DNA of 42,103 nucleotides from Jimgerdemannia flammicorona (GCA_003990765.1 RBNJ01000095.1:1-42103), one strand, 5' to 3'. Positions 13,089-26,392 are shown, numbered from the stretch's first letter. Numbers and translations: made by a program. The notes: generated by a model not told the origin, from the letters alone.

Positions 13089-14192
13089 TCATTTTTGCAT
13101 GCCAGCTCCGATTGGCTTCATGCCATAGATGTAAGGCATCCTCCCCCATGTCTTGTACTCGGAGAACTCGCTCACAGATTTATTTACCAATTGTTGATAT
13201 TGATTGGGGTTCATGCCGAGTTCTGGCGCTATTTTCTCCGTCATGGCAAGCGCCATGAGTCTAAAGCTTTGCGCAGTCAGCTCGCCGAACTTGTTCCAAC
13301 CGTATGTGACTTCCAACGACTCCGAGTGCACGTTTTCAAGCGATCCAAAGAAGTCTTCGAGATGGTTGACCACGTTCACATCAATACCTCGGGATTCACA
13401 GAGAGCGGTGACTGCGTATCATGCGTGAGGCATTCAATTCCATGTTAGTTGAAAACAACTTTCCCAAAAAGCGCAAGAATATCTACTTTATCTCTGAAAG
13501 AGAGCTCATACTTGATTTATAAATGCGTTCATAGGATGGTCCTGGCTGCTTATAGTTTGGGTCGATCTCGAAAAGCTCGATGAAGCCTCCTGGTTTTGTG
13601 ACGCGGATGAGTTCCTCGACGACATGACCCCATTCTTCGCGACTAAAAGCCATCCATAAAAATCTTGAAATCCCACATTAAAGGCGGGAAAACAAGTGTA
13701 AGGCAATGTCGGAGAGCACTAACACCTGCAAAAATACGTGAATGTAAAAATTAAATGAGCGTCCACAAGACCCATGCGTACCTTTGGAACACGAAGTCGA
13801 ACGTGTTGTCAGGGAATGGTAGACCGTTGAGTGTGTCGGCTTGGATGAACTTGGAATTGGGTAGCAAGTGAGTCGTTGGCAGCATGGTAGCTGCTTTATC
13901 GGTACCAACAAACTCAGAACGAGGATAATCCTTTGCCATATCCAGCGTCCACCTTCCGGATCCGCATCCCACGTCCAGAGCCATGATGCCTCTCTCTAGG
14001 GCATCTTCTATTGGTGTATTGAAGTTTCCATGAAGGAGATTGCTGTGTTGAAAAATACGTGAATGAGTAAACAGACTGACGACAACGCAATCAATCGCTC
14101 TGCAGTTACCGTAGCATGTTATGGGTAGCGTCTAGTGTCTGTATTTCTTGCCGATTGTTCGGCAACAAATACTTTGATTTTGCGTTTCCCAT
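13089..14192 (-). CDS. Class I SAM-dependent methyltransferase (Methyltransf_25/LaeA-like), 4 exons (14192-14110, 14042-13782, 13663-13512, 13411-13089), ~272 aa
   Basis: The spliced frame is open: MGNAKSKYLLPNNRQEIQTLDATHNMLR...ALDVGCGSGRW (motif I)...GLPFPDNTFDFVFQRFLWMAFSREEWGHVVEELIRVTKPGGFIEL...YIYGMKP. All introns are GT-AG with consistent phases (819 nt total). Confidence 0.9.
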
Positions 14193-17100
14193 TTAATCCA
14201 GCACCAGTAAGTCTGTGAAGTGCTCTGATTCTGAAGGTATACGTGTCTCCGTTGAGAGGAACGTGAACTTTAATAACACAACAAAACATACGTTATATAT
14301 ATATGCGCTTTCCGCGTTTGAGCCTGGATCATTGTAATTATGTCCAAAATCTTTGGGTTTGTGCTGCAAGATCGATGTGATTCGATTTAGATGCAACACA
14401 CAATGTGCAACATAAAGTGGCAAATGTTTTTTATCCGAGGTCGGGTTTCACTTGAAATTGTACACGGATTCTCATATTCAAAACCTGTATCGACCCGGCG
14501 AAAGCTTGATCCCGCGGAGGATCTTCTTAAGGTATGGTTTATCGTCGCGTGTCGCCAATACGTGGGTGGGTTACACCCGCATTCGGTACCACCACGCGAT
14601 CGGGCCTTAAGGGTGTTGATCTGATTGCCTCCTTAGTGTCGATCGAGAAAAGCACGACAACTTTATTCCTATTTGCGACCATCCGCACACCCTGTGCTTA
14701 CCATGTATGGTTCCCAAGATATCGGAATGACTGATTTATAATTTAGTCATATGAGCATGAGAGCGACGCCCTAATGACTAATTACTTGTAGCCAAATCGG
14801 CCGAGGAGTCAACTTTTGATACCCAATGCATCGATCATCCACGCGGTGAACCCTTCAGCCAAAGGATTCACTGCTTCACCCCGCTCTTTGGTGTTTCCCA
14901 AAAAGAATCCCTTGGCAGGTAATCCTAGATTGATCGAGAAATATATTCACACTACTATGCAACACAATTGAAATAGCCAAACACACCCACACATATCTAT
15001 TATAAAATAGGTTTGTTTATGGCTATTTGCATAGTACATCAACATATTTTTTATTATATAATGTCGCGTGGCCATGTAATGTTATACTCGGGAAGCTGTC
15101 AAAGTATTAACATGTGCGCCAACGCCAATATGTGCACATGTGTACCAACGCCAACATGTGTACCAACATGTGAATTGTTTACATGGTCCCAGTCAGGTGT
15201 TTAGCGATCACAGAACCAAAAATCTCGCGAGATTGTTCTACTGTAACGAGAGCAATGGTTTTCGACAGATTCGCTATGAAGAACAGAAGCTCGTGATATC
15301 AAACGGATTCTTTCTGAAAGTACCAGCTTGGTGTGTGAGGCAACTTCAAAAGTATGCGCTTCTCGCTCCCACATACAATATTTCTATCGGAGTAACGCAC
15401 GCAATATGTGGCATGGAACGACTTATAACACCTGGGCCATTATCGATGCACTCTATGGGCTTCAGAGATAGCGTAGTTGATAGCGCGGCGGTCTAATGTA
15501 TCCGACAATGGAGATAGAGAATGTGCCCAGCAAAGAATAACAACAATCAAGGTAATCCTTGGTATGAGAAATCATGCCGGGATTTCGGATTTGTCGCACC
15601 CTGACCTTATGTCAGCAGCCCCTTGTCCTTTCTCATGGGTTCTACAGACGCCGTAAATAGACCACCAGAAGCAACACGAAAAGAGGAGATTCATGTCGAA
15701 ACGGGCCAGTTGGATTCGAACGGTCCGACTAGGTTACGCGATGCACAAAAAAAAAAAAAAAAAAAAAAAAAAACACCGACTAGCTCTCGTCACAATTGCA
15801 CTGGCAGCATATCTAGATTGTTTAGAATCATTATCGTGGATGGATGCTTGATACACAAAACGACTCTGCCTCGCTGTACTTGTTCTGATGACTGTAGAGC
15901 CGGCCATAGTGTTTAGAGTTGCTAGTGTATGATGTATGTCGAGTGTAACGGGAAGGACTCTGGAGTAACCTCGCGGTAGCCTTTAAGGTTACTTTGACTT
16001 TGTTATGACGCTATGTGAAGAAATCGATTTATTGAGCAGACGTAAGGCAAGAATGCAACGACGTACCTAAACCAGGAAGAAATATTTGGCTCAAGCATCG
16101 TTGCGTTAACCTAAACATATCACATTATATGGCCCCTCAACAATAGCCACTCATTCAATGCGTGTTAATGATCAAGTTCAGCCAACTGGTCTAGAAGCGC
16201 ATGTGCTCCGAGAACTCGAGTTCGACTACTAGTAAGGCCTTTATGTATTCTCCCAATATAAATAATAATCAATGTCGTAAATAACCCTATAACCTTCAAC
16301 CGTTTTACCGGAACCGGTTTGTATGTCACTCTAGAAATTCTTACAGGATTACAGGATCTTCCTATCTATATAGACATTTGCTCACAAAAATGCTCCTATC
16401 GTGGATAAGACTCCCAAGCGAGCACCGTGTGTGAACATTGCGATCCGAGGGCAAAACCAGAACAGGCAAAAAGTGAAGTCTGAGAGCCGAATTAAACAAC
16501 AAAGTTCGCGTGTCAAACCTAAAAGCGCGTGGCGATGGCATTGTGCAATTCTGCAATTCTCGTAGCGGACTTCTGATACTCCGAATGCCACGTGGAGCCA
16601 CCCAAGAGAAGGGAAATATTCGACGTTTGTCTGGTTTGTTTCAAGCACTGGCGATAGTAACCACTGGAATCGAGACACTTATTGTATATACGCATTACAA
16701 TTACATCATACAAAATCTAGAATTGTTGGCTCTTACAAATGACAAAATACACAAGTGTCAAAAACATGCTAGTTAAGACGACTACAATTGTATATAACCC
16801 CATTGCTACTAAATCATTTTCAATTGCTTTCTACTTGCTAATGGGATTACGAGGTTCACACATGGCGTGCGTTTGTGCCCAAATACTTTCAGAGATTCAA
16901 TGTATCCCATGTAAATACGGGCGACACAAGTACGACGACGACCTCACGCGTTTCGCAAACCTAGTACAAAGAATTTCATGCCAACACTGGGGTAAACAGT
17001 GAAAGGTCTTGGCCACTGTGCGGGGCGAATGTCGTGGGAACATTTCATTGAAATGATGATGAGTGTCTACATCTATTGGGCAATATGGATGGCAACGGGG

Positions 17101-18704
17101 TTTAGGTTTTGACACCCCGATATTCGCATGAAATCAATTGAAGAATTGAGAAACTTTGGAGATCTTCAAATGCAAATGAACCAATTGCCTGACACGTCGA
17201 CATCTCAGAATTCTCTTGTCCTCTGCAATACTATATGGAGGGCAACCAAATGGCTGCCATTGTCGAGTACAGAGATAAGTTTGACGAGAAGCGGGCTGAT
17301 GGGTTGTTTGGACAATATGCCTCGCTTGCCAGCTACTGTGCCGAAACTCAATGTCGGGGTTCTTTCGGGCCAATGTCGCGTGCATCCCTTGCAAGCGTAT
17401 TCGATTTCATGTATTTCAGGCCAGTTCGGGACAACGTGGGATGACGCAAAACTATAAAAGTAAAAATAACGAAAGGGTAAACTGCACAACAGCAAATAAA
17501 GTTTGCGATTTTGGCTTTCTACGTAAAAAGCGGTTTCCTACAAATGAATTTTTCCTTTTCGTTCGTGCCTTAATCTTCAAACATTATCCTATATGTGGTC
17601 GTGCTAGCGCAGCTTACCGATTTGACCATGTCCTCGTCCACTTCATCTGGAAGATTTGCCGCTATGGGGTGATTTCCACTGAGCCAGTCATATTATGGGT
17701 GCCGCTTTCTTCTCTGGGATTTTCCCATCCATATATATATATATAGGCACTCGATTCTGCGCTTGGACACAAAACGCTGGAGTGGGTCTGTCACGTCGTT
17801 GTCATTCATTGCTCATTGCTTACCACACGACTGACATTTAATATAATGAATAATTAAGTGCATGGCAACGTTGAGATGTCGCGCATTCCTTGTCACGGAT
17901 TTCATTGTTTTAACTTCCCTACGGACTTCATCAAAGATTGACATTTGGCTCATCTTTCAACGCCTCCCATTGCTCTTGCGTTGCCTCCGTCAGAAGAACC
18001 ATTGTCGATTATAATTGACGTTTTAAAGTACTAGAATGACTGTTGGCTAAAAAGTGGCCGTCAGATGGATAGCGTTTGTCAGAGAATCATGGGGTTTCAT
18101 TACAAAATCCTGGTACCGTACATTGAGTACCACTGAGTACCTATGCCATACATTTTAAGCACATGTTCACACTAAGTATTGTATGTGGCGTGGTTTTATG
18201 ATGACCATTGTGATGTTGATTGCCATTGGTCAAGCAGAGGAGATTCCGAGTCTTGGAACGCTTCAACAAATTTCCATCTGATCAAATCTGGGTAAAGTGG
18301 AGGTAGCTTATATACTTAATGTAGAAGAAGGGGAATGCCTTGCCAGGGTTGTATTAACATCCACCCGCCTTCTTTTATGGGTACTCGTGGACGGAGCATG
18401 CTTTCTAATTTTTGAAGTGCAATGATGGCTGGTGTGTATGCATGAACGAGATACTTGATCTAACTTAAGTCGGATACATGTTTATCATAGAATACTCCCT
18501 CAACCCCTCAACAGGCCAAGAACCCGAATTTATTAGGTCATCTATTCAGCCGATTTGTAAGTGCGTTGTGCTTTGAATGAAAATTTTTGTTCGGCAATAG
18601 AAAGGAACCAATTCTTTAATAAGTCTAGCTTCTGTGTATATACAAAATTAATTATTAACTGATATTATTTCTGAAAATAAATATATTACTTCTGTTACAA
18701 AACT

Positions 18705-20200
18705 TCAAGCAACAATTATCGGTTTCTGTCCATATACGACCTCAATATTCCAAAACGTCTCGTATTTTGAGAATTCATTGGGAACCTCCCTGAGTATTTC
18801 GTCGTAATCTTCATCCGATATCCCCCGAGACTGTCGATGCAATATTTTTATTAGTTCACGCTTTCTACCAGCCATAATGATAATAATAATCTCATAAAAA
18901 TACCAACCGCTTGCAGCATCTGTTTGGCAGATCTCATGCTGTCGATGATGTTCTACAGATATCGGATGATAATCGTGAGAGAATCCGTAAACACGCCAAA
19001 CCTAAAACCGCCCCTAAAACAGTATATAACCAGTGTTTTAATGTTACCTTGGCACTCATCGCGGCGACCTCGGGGGGACCCCACCCGATTGGCATCAGGA
19101 TCTGCTCATGCTTGACATTTGTCACTCTCGCCGACTTCAGCATCTCGCTCAAATTTAATACGACCCTAACATCATAGTCGCGCATCCTCATCAATTCGAG
19201 AACTTTTGAGGTAAAGAAGGTGGGAGATGAACGAGGTGGTCAAAATTATGCGATAATGGAGGGAATTTGGCATCTATTCAAAATCTTCGCGGTGCATCAG
19301 TATTACGTACATCGTTGGTAAAACCTGTCTGACATTGGACCTCGATTTTGCGCAATACCTTCAGTATCGACTTGAGACACGAACACAAAGATCATCTCAA
19401 AATTAATCACGCAATACAGAAAAATAATGAAAGCAAAGAGCTAGCTCAATCAGACCAAATACACACAAAGAAACCGGTTCTCGACCTTTTTTTTTTTTTT
19501 TTTTTTTCATTCAATACTAGATCAGGAAAAAACTGACCTAGCTCAATCCAACCGCCGGGTTTTGTGACTCGAACCAATTCGCGAATAGCAACCGGCCACT
19601 CCTGCTTGCGAAAGCACATGGTATGCAACCTCTGAAAGACATAATCGAACGTTCCATCCTCGAACGGCAACTCGAGCGTGTTGGCGATCATAAATCGGGC
19701 GTTTTTCGGCGCACTTTTTGCGGCCTTGCTGAACACGTTTGTGAGATCCGACCCTGTGAACTCGCTCCTGGGGTATTCAGTTGCCATCTCTATCGACCAG
19801 ATTCCCGTACCGCACCCTGAGAAAAATGCAGGCAGAGTTACGATCAGGCGTAACAAAAGTATATTGGCAGTACAAACACAAACAGGCCCCATAAGGTTAC
19901 AGCATTACCGGCGTCCAAGACTTTGACGCCGCGTTTGAGTTCCTCTTGCACTGGTGCCCGTTGGTTTCCCTGGAGTTGGAACCGGATGAGGTAGTGCTGG
20001 ATATTGAGGTGGTTCCGCTCGTCGCCGTCGTGAGGCAACAAGTGGACGAAGTTGCCGTTAGCATTGACCCGGCGCCTGTCGAACCACTTGAAGTTCGATG
20101 GCAGGGAATTCTCCGTGTCTGACGATGCGGAGTGTGTGTTGATGGGCTCTGGCGGGGGATTTGGTCTCTTGCTGTAGCGTTTGGAGTACGATTGGCCCAT
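18705..20200 (-). CDS. Second class I SAM-dependent methyltransferase paralogue, 6 exons (20200-19909, 19816-19538, 19370-19311, 19202-19048, 18952-18908, 18830-18705), ~318 aa
   Basis: MGQSYSK...HLLPHDGDERNHLNIQHYL...VLDAGCGTGIW...LPFEDGTFDYVFQR...ELVRVTKPGGWIEL...EVVYGQKP. GT-AG introns with consistent phases (957 nt total). Confidence 0.9.
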
Positions 20201-20697
20201 AATGTCGACGGGGGGGAGGGGAGGGGGGGAATCATCAATGAGAAGGGCACCCGTATGTTCGGTTGCGCGGAATTTTGGGCGAGATGCGGTTATCCGTCAC
20301 ACTAGATGTAATACATGGTCGCGTGCACGTGGCGATATGAATGGAGTTTTAAAGGTCCGGCCGCACCCTACATTGAACCTAAGGTCACACTAATTGCCGT
20401 CATGTGGTTTGTGCTTCGGAAGCTGTAGATTGAATACCACTTGATTAGTAACCGAAATGTATGTCTGTCATACATCGCAGAGAGAGGAAATGGCACGTGA
20501 TTGCAACATGTTGCATATTACTTAAGTACATATATATATGTGATATTTCAAGTCTGGACGCAGTTAGGACAAATGTTAAACTGTGATCGGCATTCGGGAA
20601 CATTGAAAACGGTAAACTTCCGGCTCAGATAATGCCACCAACATGCGCCAGAAACCATACTTATGTAACAGTTACGCTACACAACGCTGACCAGTCC

Positions 20698-20862
20698 GGT
20701 ACACAGCCTGGCCTGGTGGAGAGGCTGGCCTGGCAGACAGCCTAGCCTGACAGACACAGCCTGGCCTGGGGCCTGCAGACACAACCTGGCCTGGCGGACA
20801 CAGTCTGGCCTGCGGACACGGCCTGGCCTACGGACACGGCCTGGCCTGTGGACACAGCCTAG
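20698..20862. repeat. GC-rich minisatellite (GGACACAGCCTGGCCTG-like unit)
   Basis: About 9 degenerate ACACAGCCTGGCCTG units in tandem. Confidence 0.8.
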
Positions 20863-23504
20863 CAGCAGGTGTGAGTAGCCACCTGGCTTTATCCTCGACG
20901 ATAAACAGTCCTTAAACCCTCTGACCTATACACCATTCAGTAATCAAAAGTGCGTGCCTGCGAGTATCATTGTCCAAACGTAAACAAATCGCGTTTACGA
21001 ATGTTTTGACTCATCATAATAGTTCTCGCTGTTTTCCTGACTCAACTTCACTTAAGGTGCAAACTTCTAGGATAATTGTCAGTGCCGTTAATCCAGTTTA
21101 TTGTAAATTCAGGAAAGAAATCATTAGGACAAGGGTTTAATAACGCACGTCGGACGAGAAAGTTATACCATAATAAAACCCGATGCTTCTGTCAAGTTTA
21201 CTTCAAACCCGTGTCCAATGGAAACCCTTTTCTGGGCTTCAAGAGTAACCACGTCTGCCATTGGTAAAGCTGGAGTCGACTCATCAAGACTTGCGTGCGG
21301 TATCAAATTTTGATCTTCTGTGGGATGTGAGGATAAGTTAACGGCTTGCATCTGTCGCCAGATGTCAACTAGCCAACCAATGTCAGCGAGCCATTCAGCT
21401 CACATCCGAAAGGTAGTGTTCCATCGTGAGTAAAAAGCTTCTGGTGGTGATATTCACTGAAACCATGAAAACTCGCTGTGATATTTCTCTGAATTGTAGC
21501 CTCTCTTTTTCTGCAGAGGTGAAGTTATCTTGAACACTGAATTTCATTATCCGTAATCGCTGCAAAATCGATCTTTCTAAGTTCGCGTATAAGCGTCCCT
21601 TTCTCGAAATACAGGAAGCTCGAAACTTTATGCCGATTGAAAAATGTAGGACCGTACGCTGGAAGCTAGAGATGCGACCTATAACTGCGCTTCAAAGCTT
21701 GTATTGTGCTTGACTACCTTACTCAAGATATTCATACTCGATATTTGTATCCTAAACAACGTAATGCAATGCAGGCCGCGCAAACACGCGCCGGAGACCT
21801 AGAGCACGGCGTTAAGCGGCAAGGACGGCGAATGCGGACAAAAAACATCGACGCGAGCAAAAACGTGGGCAAAAACAGCGAACGCACCGAACGGCGGCAA
21901 TGTGTGGCCGAAGTGGCACAGCACCTTATCGAGATATCTAAAGCTGCTGACTCGTCGACGAACACGTTACCAACAATCCTTCAATACCCTAAGATAAAGG
22001 AGAAGTGCAGCCAGGGCCGCATCAATACCGTCACGCTACATGCTGAGTGGAAGCCGCAAAACCAACGAGGGTGGTAGAATCAAGCCTACTCTGTACATTT
22101 ATACGTGATACCTTTGTTCGGTTACGGTAAAATTAATTCCGTCACATACGCTTATAAAAAAATTGCCGAATACTACTCAGCTTCAAAGATACACAGTTGT
22201 TTACCAAAATAAAATATAATTCCACAATTCCGTCACCTCTTATATACCTTTGCTTATCGAAAGCCCACCAAACCGGTCTGCCGGTCTTGATTTTTTCGAT
22301 GACAAATTTCCAAACCTAAACGGTGCGGTTCTGACGATCTACCATTTCTAGGGAAACTGAGGCACGTTTTCTTTACAACGACCCTGCAGCTTCGGTACGC
22401 GCAGACATATTCCCTACCCCTATGTGGATGCTTGGATGAGCCCACTACAAACGCGCTGGCGTTGTCCTCTCTTTCTTCCCCCCCTCCTTTTTTTTCCTTT
22501 AAGCATTACGTAGCGCCTCTTTGGGCAACGTGTATAAATATTCCTCCTCGAGGAACGACTTGTTAGCACACGTTCTGTGTCAAAAACTTCAGGTTAACTT
22601 TTACACGTATTAAAGGGCAACTCGTGAAAGATCAAATTCAGACACCGTTTCACAGAAAACTGTGGTATCTTTTCAGCAAACCAGGGTCTGCACACCGCAT
22701 AGGTTCCGTAAGCAACTGCTTTGTGCTTATTTAATCGTTTCACAGATATGCTCACCTAACATTATATACCTGCAGTACTACCAAGTCCCTCTTATTTTCT
22801 TGTAGGGAATTTGCGGTGTCAGTTCCTTTCCTAGAAATCAAGCGATCGGGAGATTGCTGTAACAATATTCCCTCGCTGCACTGCCTTCATGTCAAACGGA
22901 AGATTATCCTAGTTACATCTGAAATCTCGGCTTGAATGAACCCGTCTCACGTTAGGCACCCCAGGGTTTCTTTCAAAGGGATGAGCAACGAGCGGTTATC
23001 CTCCAATATATCCAACATTCGCTTTGTATGGGCGATGGACTCGAATGTAGGATTGAATTACACGTGGGGTAGGCTGACAGTATATAGATTTTCTTCGTTC
23101 AAATGCAGACAAGGCCTCCGACATTCCAAAAGCCAGAATATCGGCGATAATTTAATGTCGTTGCGTCCTAGCCCGCTTATATTGCATAGAGTTATATAAT
23201 TATAGGTTGTCAAAATTAAGACTACATACTGTCCATGATCGAGATAGAGGGGGTTTTTTTTGACAAGATACAACAGTAATTGATGAGCCCGAATCGCGAC
23301 GAGGTGTTCTCGTGGACAGTCATCCTTACGAATACGTGCAAAAATCCACAAACAATGGCTGTAATCCCTCAATTCTTGGCTATTTTCATTACGCTCCATG
23401 ACGAACTGGATTCGCGATCTGTTGGACGGATGTTTGGACGTGATGGTGTCATACATGGATCTTGTTTTGCAGCGCGATGGAAAGATGAAAAGATGAATTA
23501 TTAT

Positions 23505-24695
23505 ACCGTAATGTCGGGAGTATATACAAGAATGCAATCTGAATCTGAGAGCGCAATTCGAATCCGAAAATGCGCTTTGAACCCCCCTAGTGTTCAGGTT
23601 TGAAAAGAGGCTTATATTTTTATGGAGATAGGCTGCGCAAATAAACTACTGAATGAATGAATCAGACGTTGCACAAAATTCATGCGATAGAATAGGGGGG
23701 GCATATCCGCACCACACAACATATCAATTCTCTGAATATACATCCGCGCCTTTGGCGCCGTGGCCACCACACTCATTGGGTGTAATATATGACAGGAACG
23801 TGGAGTATGGCAGTGCAATAAGGGTGGAAGAGCAGGGAGTCCCTGAAGGGTATGTCGCACCGCTTTTTGATCTCGTCATCGACACTGCACTTGTCCTTCT
23901 TGTTGACTACGTTGAAATAGTTTAGCTTGTCCTGGCAGCACGCCTCCTTGTTAGCGCGGTACGCTATATCACAATCCTTCTGCAGTTCTCGTACGCCACA
24001 TTGTGGCAGCACTGGTTCGCGTTGTTGCACGCCGTGTAGTCGTTTTGCACGCAACTCGCCGAGCGCATACGGTTAGCCGTACGCACCGTTGAAGCCGAGA
24101 GCGCCGAGATCGCGTTCTTGGGCTCAGTGATGGGGCTAGACGGTGCTGAGGTGGTGCGACGAGGAGAGTCTGGGCGGCGAGGGTGAAGAGGAGGGCGGCG
24201 GATTGTTTGGTAGTGATGTGAGGTTGGTTGAATTGTGTAAGACCTCGGTGTGTGCGCATATGCCCTTTGTATATTTTGTCCAATCTATAAAACGCTATCA
24301 CCGCGCCGTCTACCAAGTAATTGAGATCTTCCATTTACCACTAATCCTGCATGTCAATAGTAATAACTTTACCATAATCTAGTTTTGGTGTATACAAATC
24401 ATTAAAGCTTCTCACATAAGGAATCACGACTGCAACTCAATTATATTGCTTACATTCTTTCAAAACTGTAGGACACTTTGGAGCGATCGATATTGCGCTG
24501 TAAGCCAATATCGGACTATCCTTCTGCTCACCGTTATTCGGGATTATTTGAACACATCCGGAATAAGACTTCCCCTTCATGTTTTCAGAGTGCATGCTAT
24601 TCATTTAGGGTTCGGAACATTGTCTTCAGAGGGATTGGGCAAACCAAAATACTACTTTTAAATAGTTTTTGAGGGCGTACACTTTCGGCAACTGG
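23505..24695. repeat. Left arm of a recent inverted duplication
   Basis: 24085-24695 is the reverse complement of 26393-27002 (7 substitutions, 1 indel by manual alignment). 23525-23696 matches 27015-27185 (4 substitutions, 1 indel). Confidence 0.95.
23773..24210 (-). pseudogene. Decayed small secreted cysteine-rich protein gene
   Basis: A signal-peptide-like SAALLFTLAAQTLLVA lacks an adjacent ATG. Across two frameshifts it continues ...SCVQNDYTACNNANQCCHNVAYENC / KDCDIAYRANKEACCQDKL...KCSVDDEIKKRCDIP...YC (about 11 Cys). Confidence 0.6.
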
Positions 24696-25189
24696 TAGTT
24701 GGAGGTGATGTTGTTTTTTAGATACGCATGCTATATATCAACGTTGTCATAAATGGCAAATAAAAATCATACCACTCGCTTAGTTTATTGTAGGGTAAGA
24801 GCATGGGGTTGGGGAACGTGGGACAAGGAGGTTGATTCACCAGGTATATATGTGAACGGTATGTTTGCAACGAATATATCAGCAAGATCCCACAAATACA
24901 AACTGGATACTTTGTTCAGACATTTTTTTCTCAACCTCGGGTTGTCATACAACAAAAATCGGTGCTTATTTCGTCATTTTAGTGTACCACTAGCACTCGA
25001 GATTCTCCTTCTCGAATTTTTACTCTCTATGATATTATATTTATGCAACCTAGTTATATAAGTGGACCCCATCATACGTAACTTCGTCAGTGGATTGGCA
25101 GATGAGTAGCATCATGATTAGTGGAAGCTGCAAATGTTGAATAGCTGGCGTTTCTTGTTTTCCCCTCATGTGTCAACTACAGTTCTCTC

Positions 25190-25484
25190 TAGTGCTCGGA
25201 TCGAATCGAATTGAATCGAATTTGACCCGATTCGATTCGATTAATCAAATTGAGGGCCAATTCGATTCAAATCAAATTGAGGTCCAATTCAATTCGAGTT
25301 TTGATTCGAACCTAAATTCTCAAAATGACGAATTTTAGCTTATTAGATTTGCCTGATCTAGGTTAATCCAGTGCAATAAAGGTCATCAAATATAGATGTA
25401 TTTTGGTCGAGTTATTGCATTTCAAAGTTTGACTCTCAATTTCGAATTGAATTGGACCTCAATTCGATTTGTTTGAGAGCACTA
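25190..25484. mobile_element. Non-autonomous hAT-type element (MITE), 295 bp
   Basis: Termini TAGTGCTC...GAGCACTA; perfect 8-bp target-site duplication GTTCTCTC at 25182-25189 and 25485-25492; subterminal ATTCGA/TCGAAT repeats and an inverted AATTGAGGTCCAATTCAATTCGA block. Confidence 0.9.
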
Positions 25485-26392
25485 GTTCTCTCAATTTGTG
25501 TTTTGGAAACAGCTTCCAAACTGAACTTATAGGAGCGAAATTCTCGCAGATGTGGCTGTAGGGAAGTTGATGTATGGCATATATATATTACATTTCCAGA
25601 ATTTCCATGTAATTAAACAATGGATAAATTCCACCAGTCTTCAGTTTCGTTGACTTGCCAGTGATCATTTTCGAGACTATATTAAAAATATTATATATAT
25701 ATACGTCGTGAATGGGCACGATTCGGAAGTCCAACGCTCACTCCACAACCGGTAATGCTCCAAAGTTGGTGGATAAACAGCCAGGCGAAACGAAACCGAG
25801 CTCGAACCCGAATGTGGTGGTAGCTTTGCATAAAGCGCACAAACCAAAAAAAAAAAAAAAAGATATGCGTCATGTCCCTTGACGACTGGCCTCTGGTTTG
25901 ATCTGTCACCAGCTCTCTTCTTTACTTGGCCTTGCTAGGGCAGGGACATAGGACGTCGCCTCGACCCATGTGGGTTAATGGTATACGGAAGACGCCAGGC
26001 AGAACAAAAATCTTGTCCCTTGTCGCTGCTCAAACCGACTATCTCGTCGCCCAGGTCTAGGATGGCATGCACGAGTGACGAGCCTTGCGACACAAGTAGA
26101 GGATATCGCGATCAAGGTAGAAAACGTCCTCGGATTTCGTAGAACGCGTGCCAGGCGTAAAACAGCACCTCCCGCTCGCTGCTCAGAGCAGCTGCAATGT
26201 ACAAGCGACAAACTTTGCTCCTCAGACAAAAAGTGTCGGGGCCCAAACAAAAATACGGTGGCAAGGTAGCGATGCTCTTTACTAACGTCGCCAACATCGT
26301 CGCTCGGTTGCAAAACAGCAACGCCTTGCTGCAGGCAATTGCCACTGAAATCGGAAACCTTACCGTCCACTCCCAAAACAACAACGACCACT

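Noticed and set aside
14400-14710. Upstream coding exon for the first methyltransferase (ATG followed by GTAAGC at ~14704)
   Set aside because: No splice tested gave an open frame into the gene, and the ATG at 14192 is directly preceded by an in-frame TAA.
16370-17460. Possible decayed gene (HPDIR could echo a kinase catalytic loop)
   Set aside because: Only short frames and no second supporting motif; cannot be assigned without a search.
6411-20200. Secondary-metabolite cluster (TF plus two methyltransferases)
   Set aside because: No backbone synthase, tailoring oxidase or transporter in the window; the genes are 4-5 kb apart.
21163-22077. ORFs 21163..21351 and 21706..22077
   Set aside because: No recognisable homology or splice support; possibly chance ORFs.
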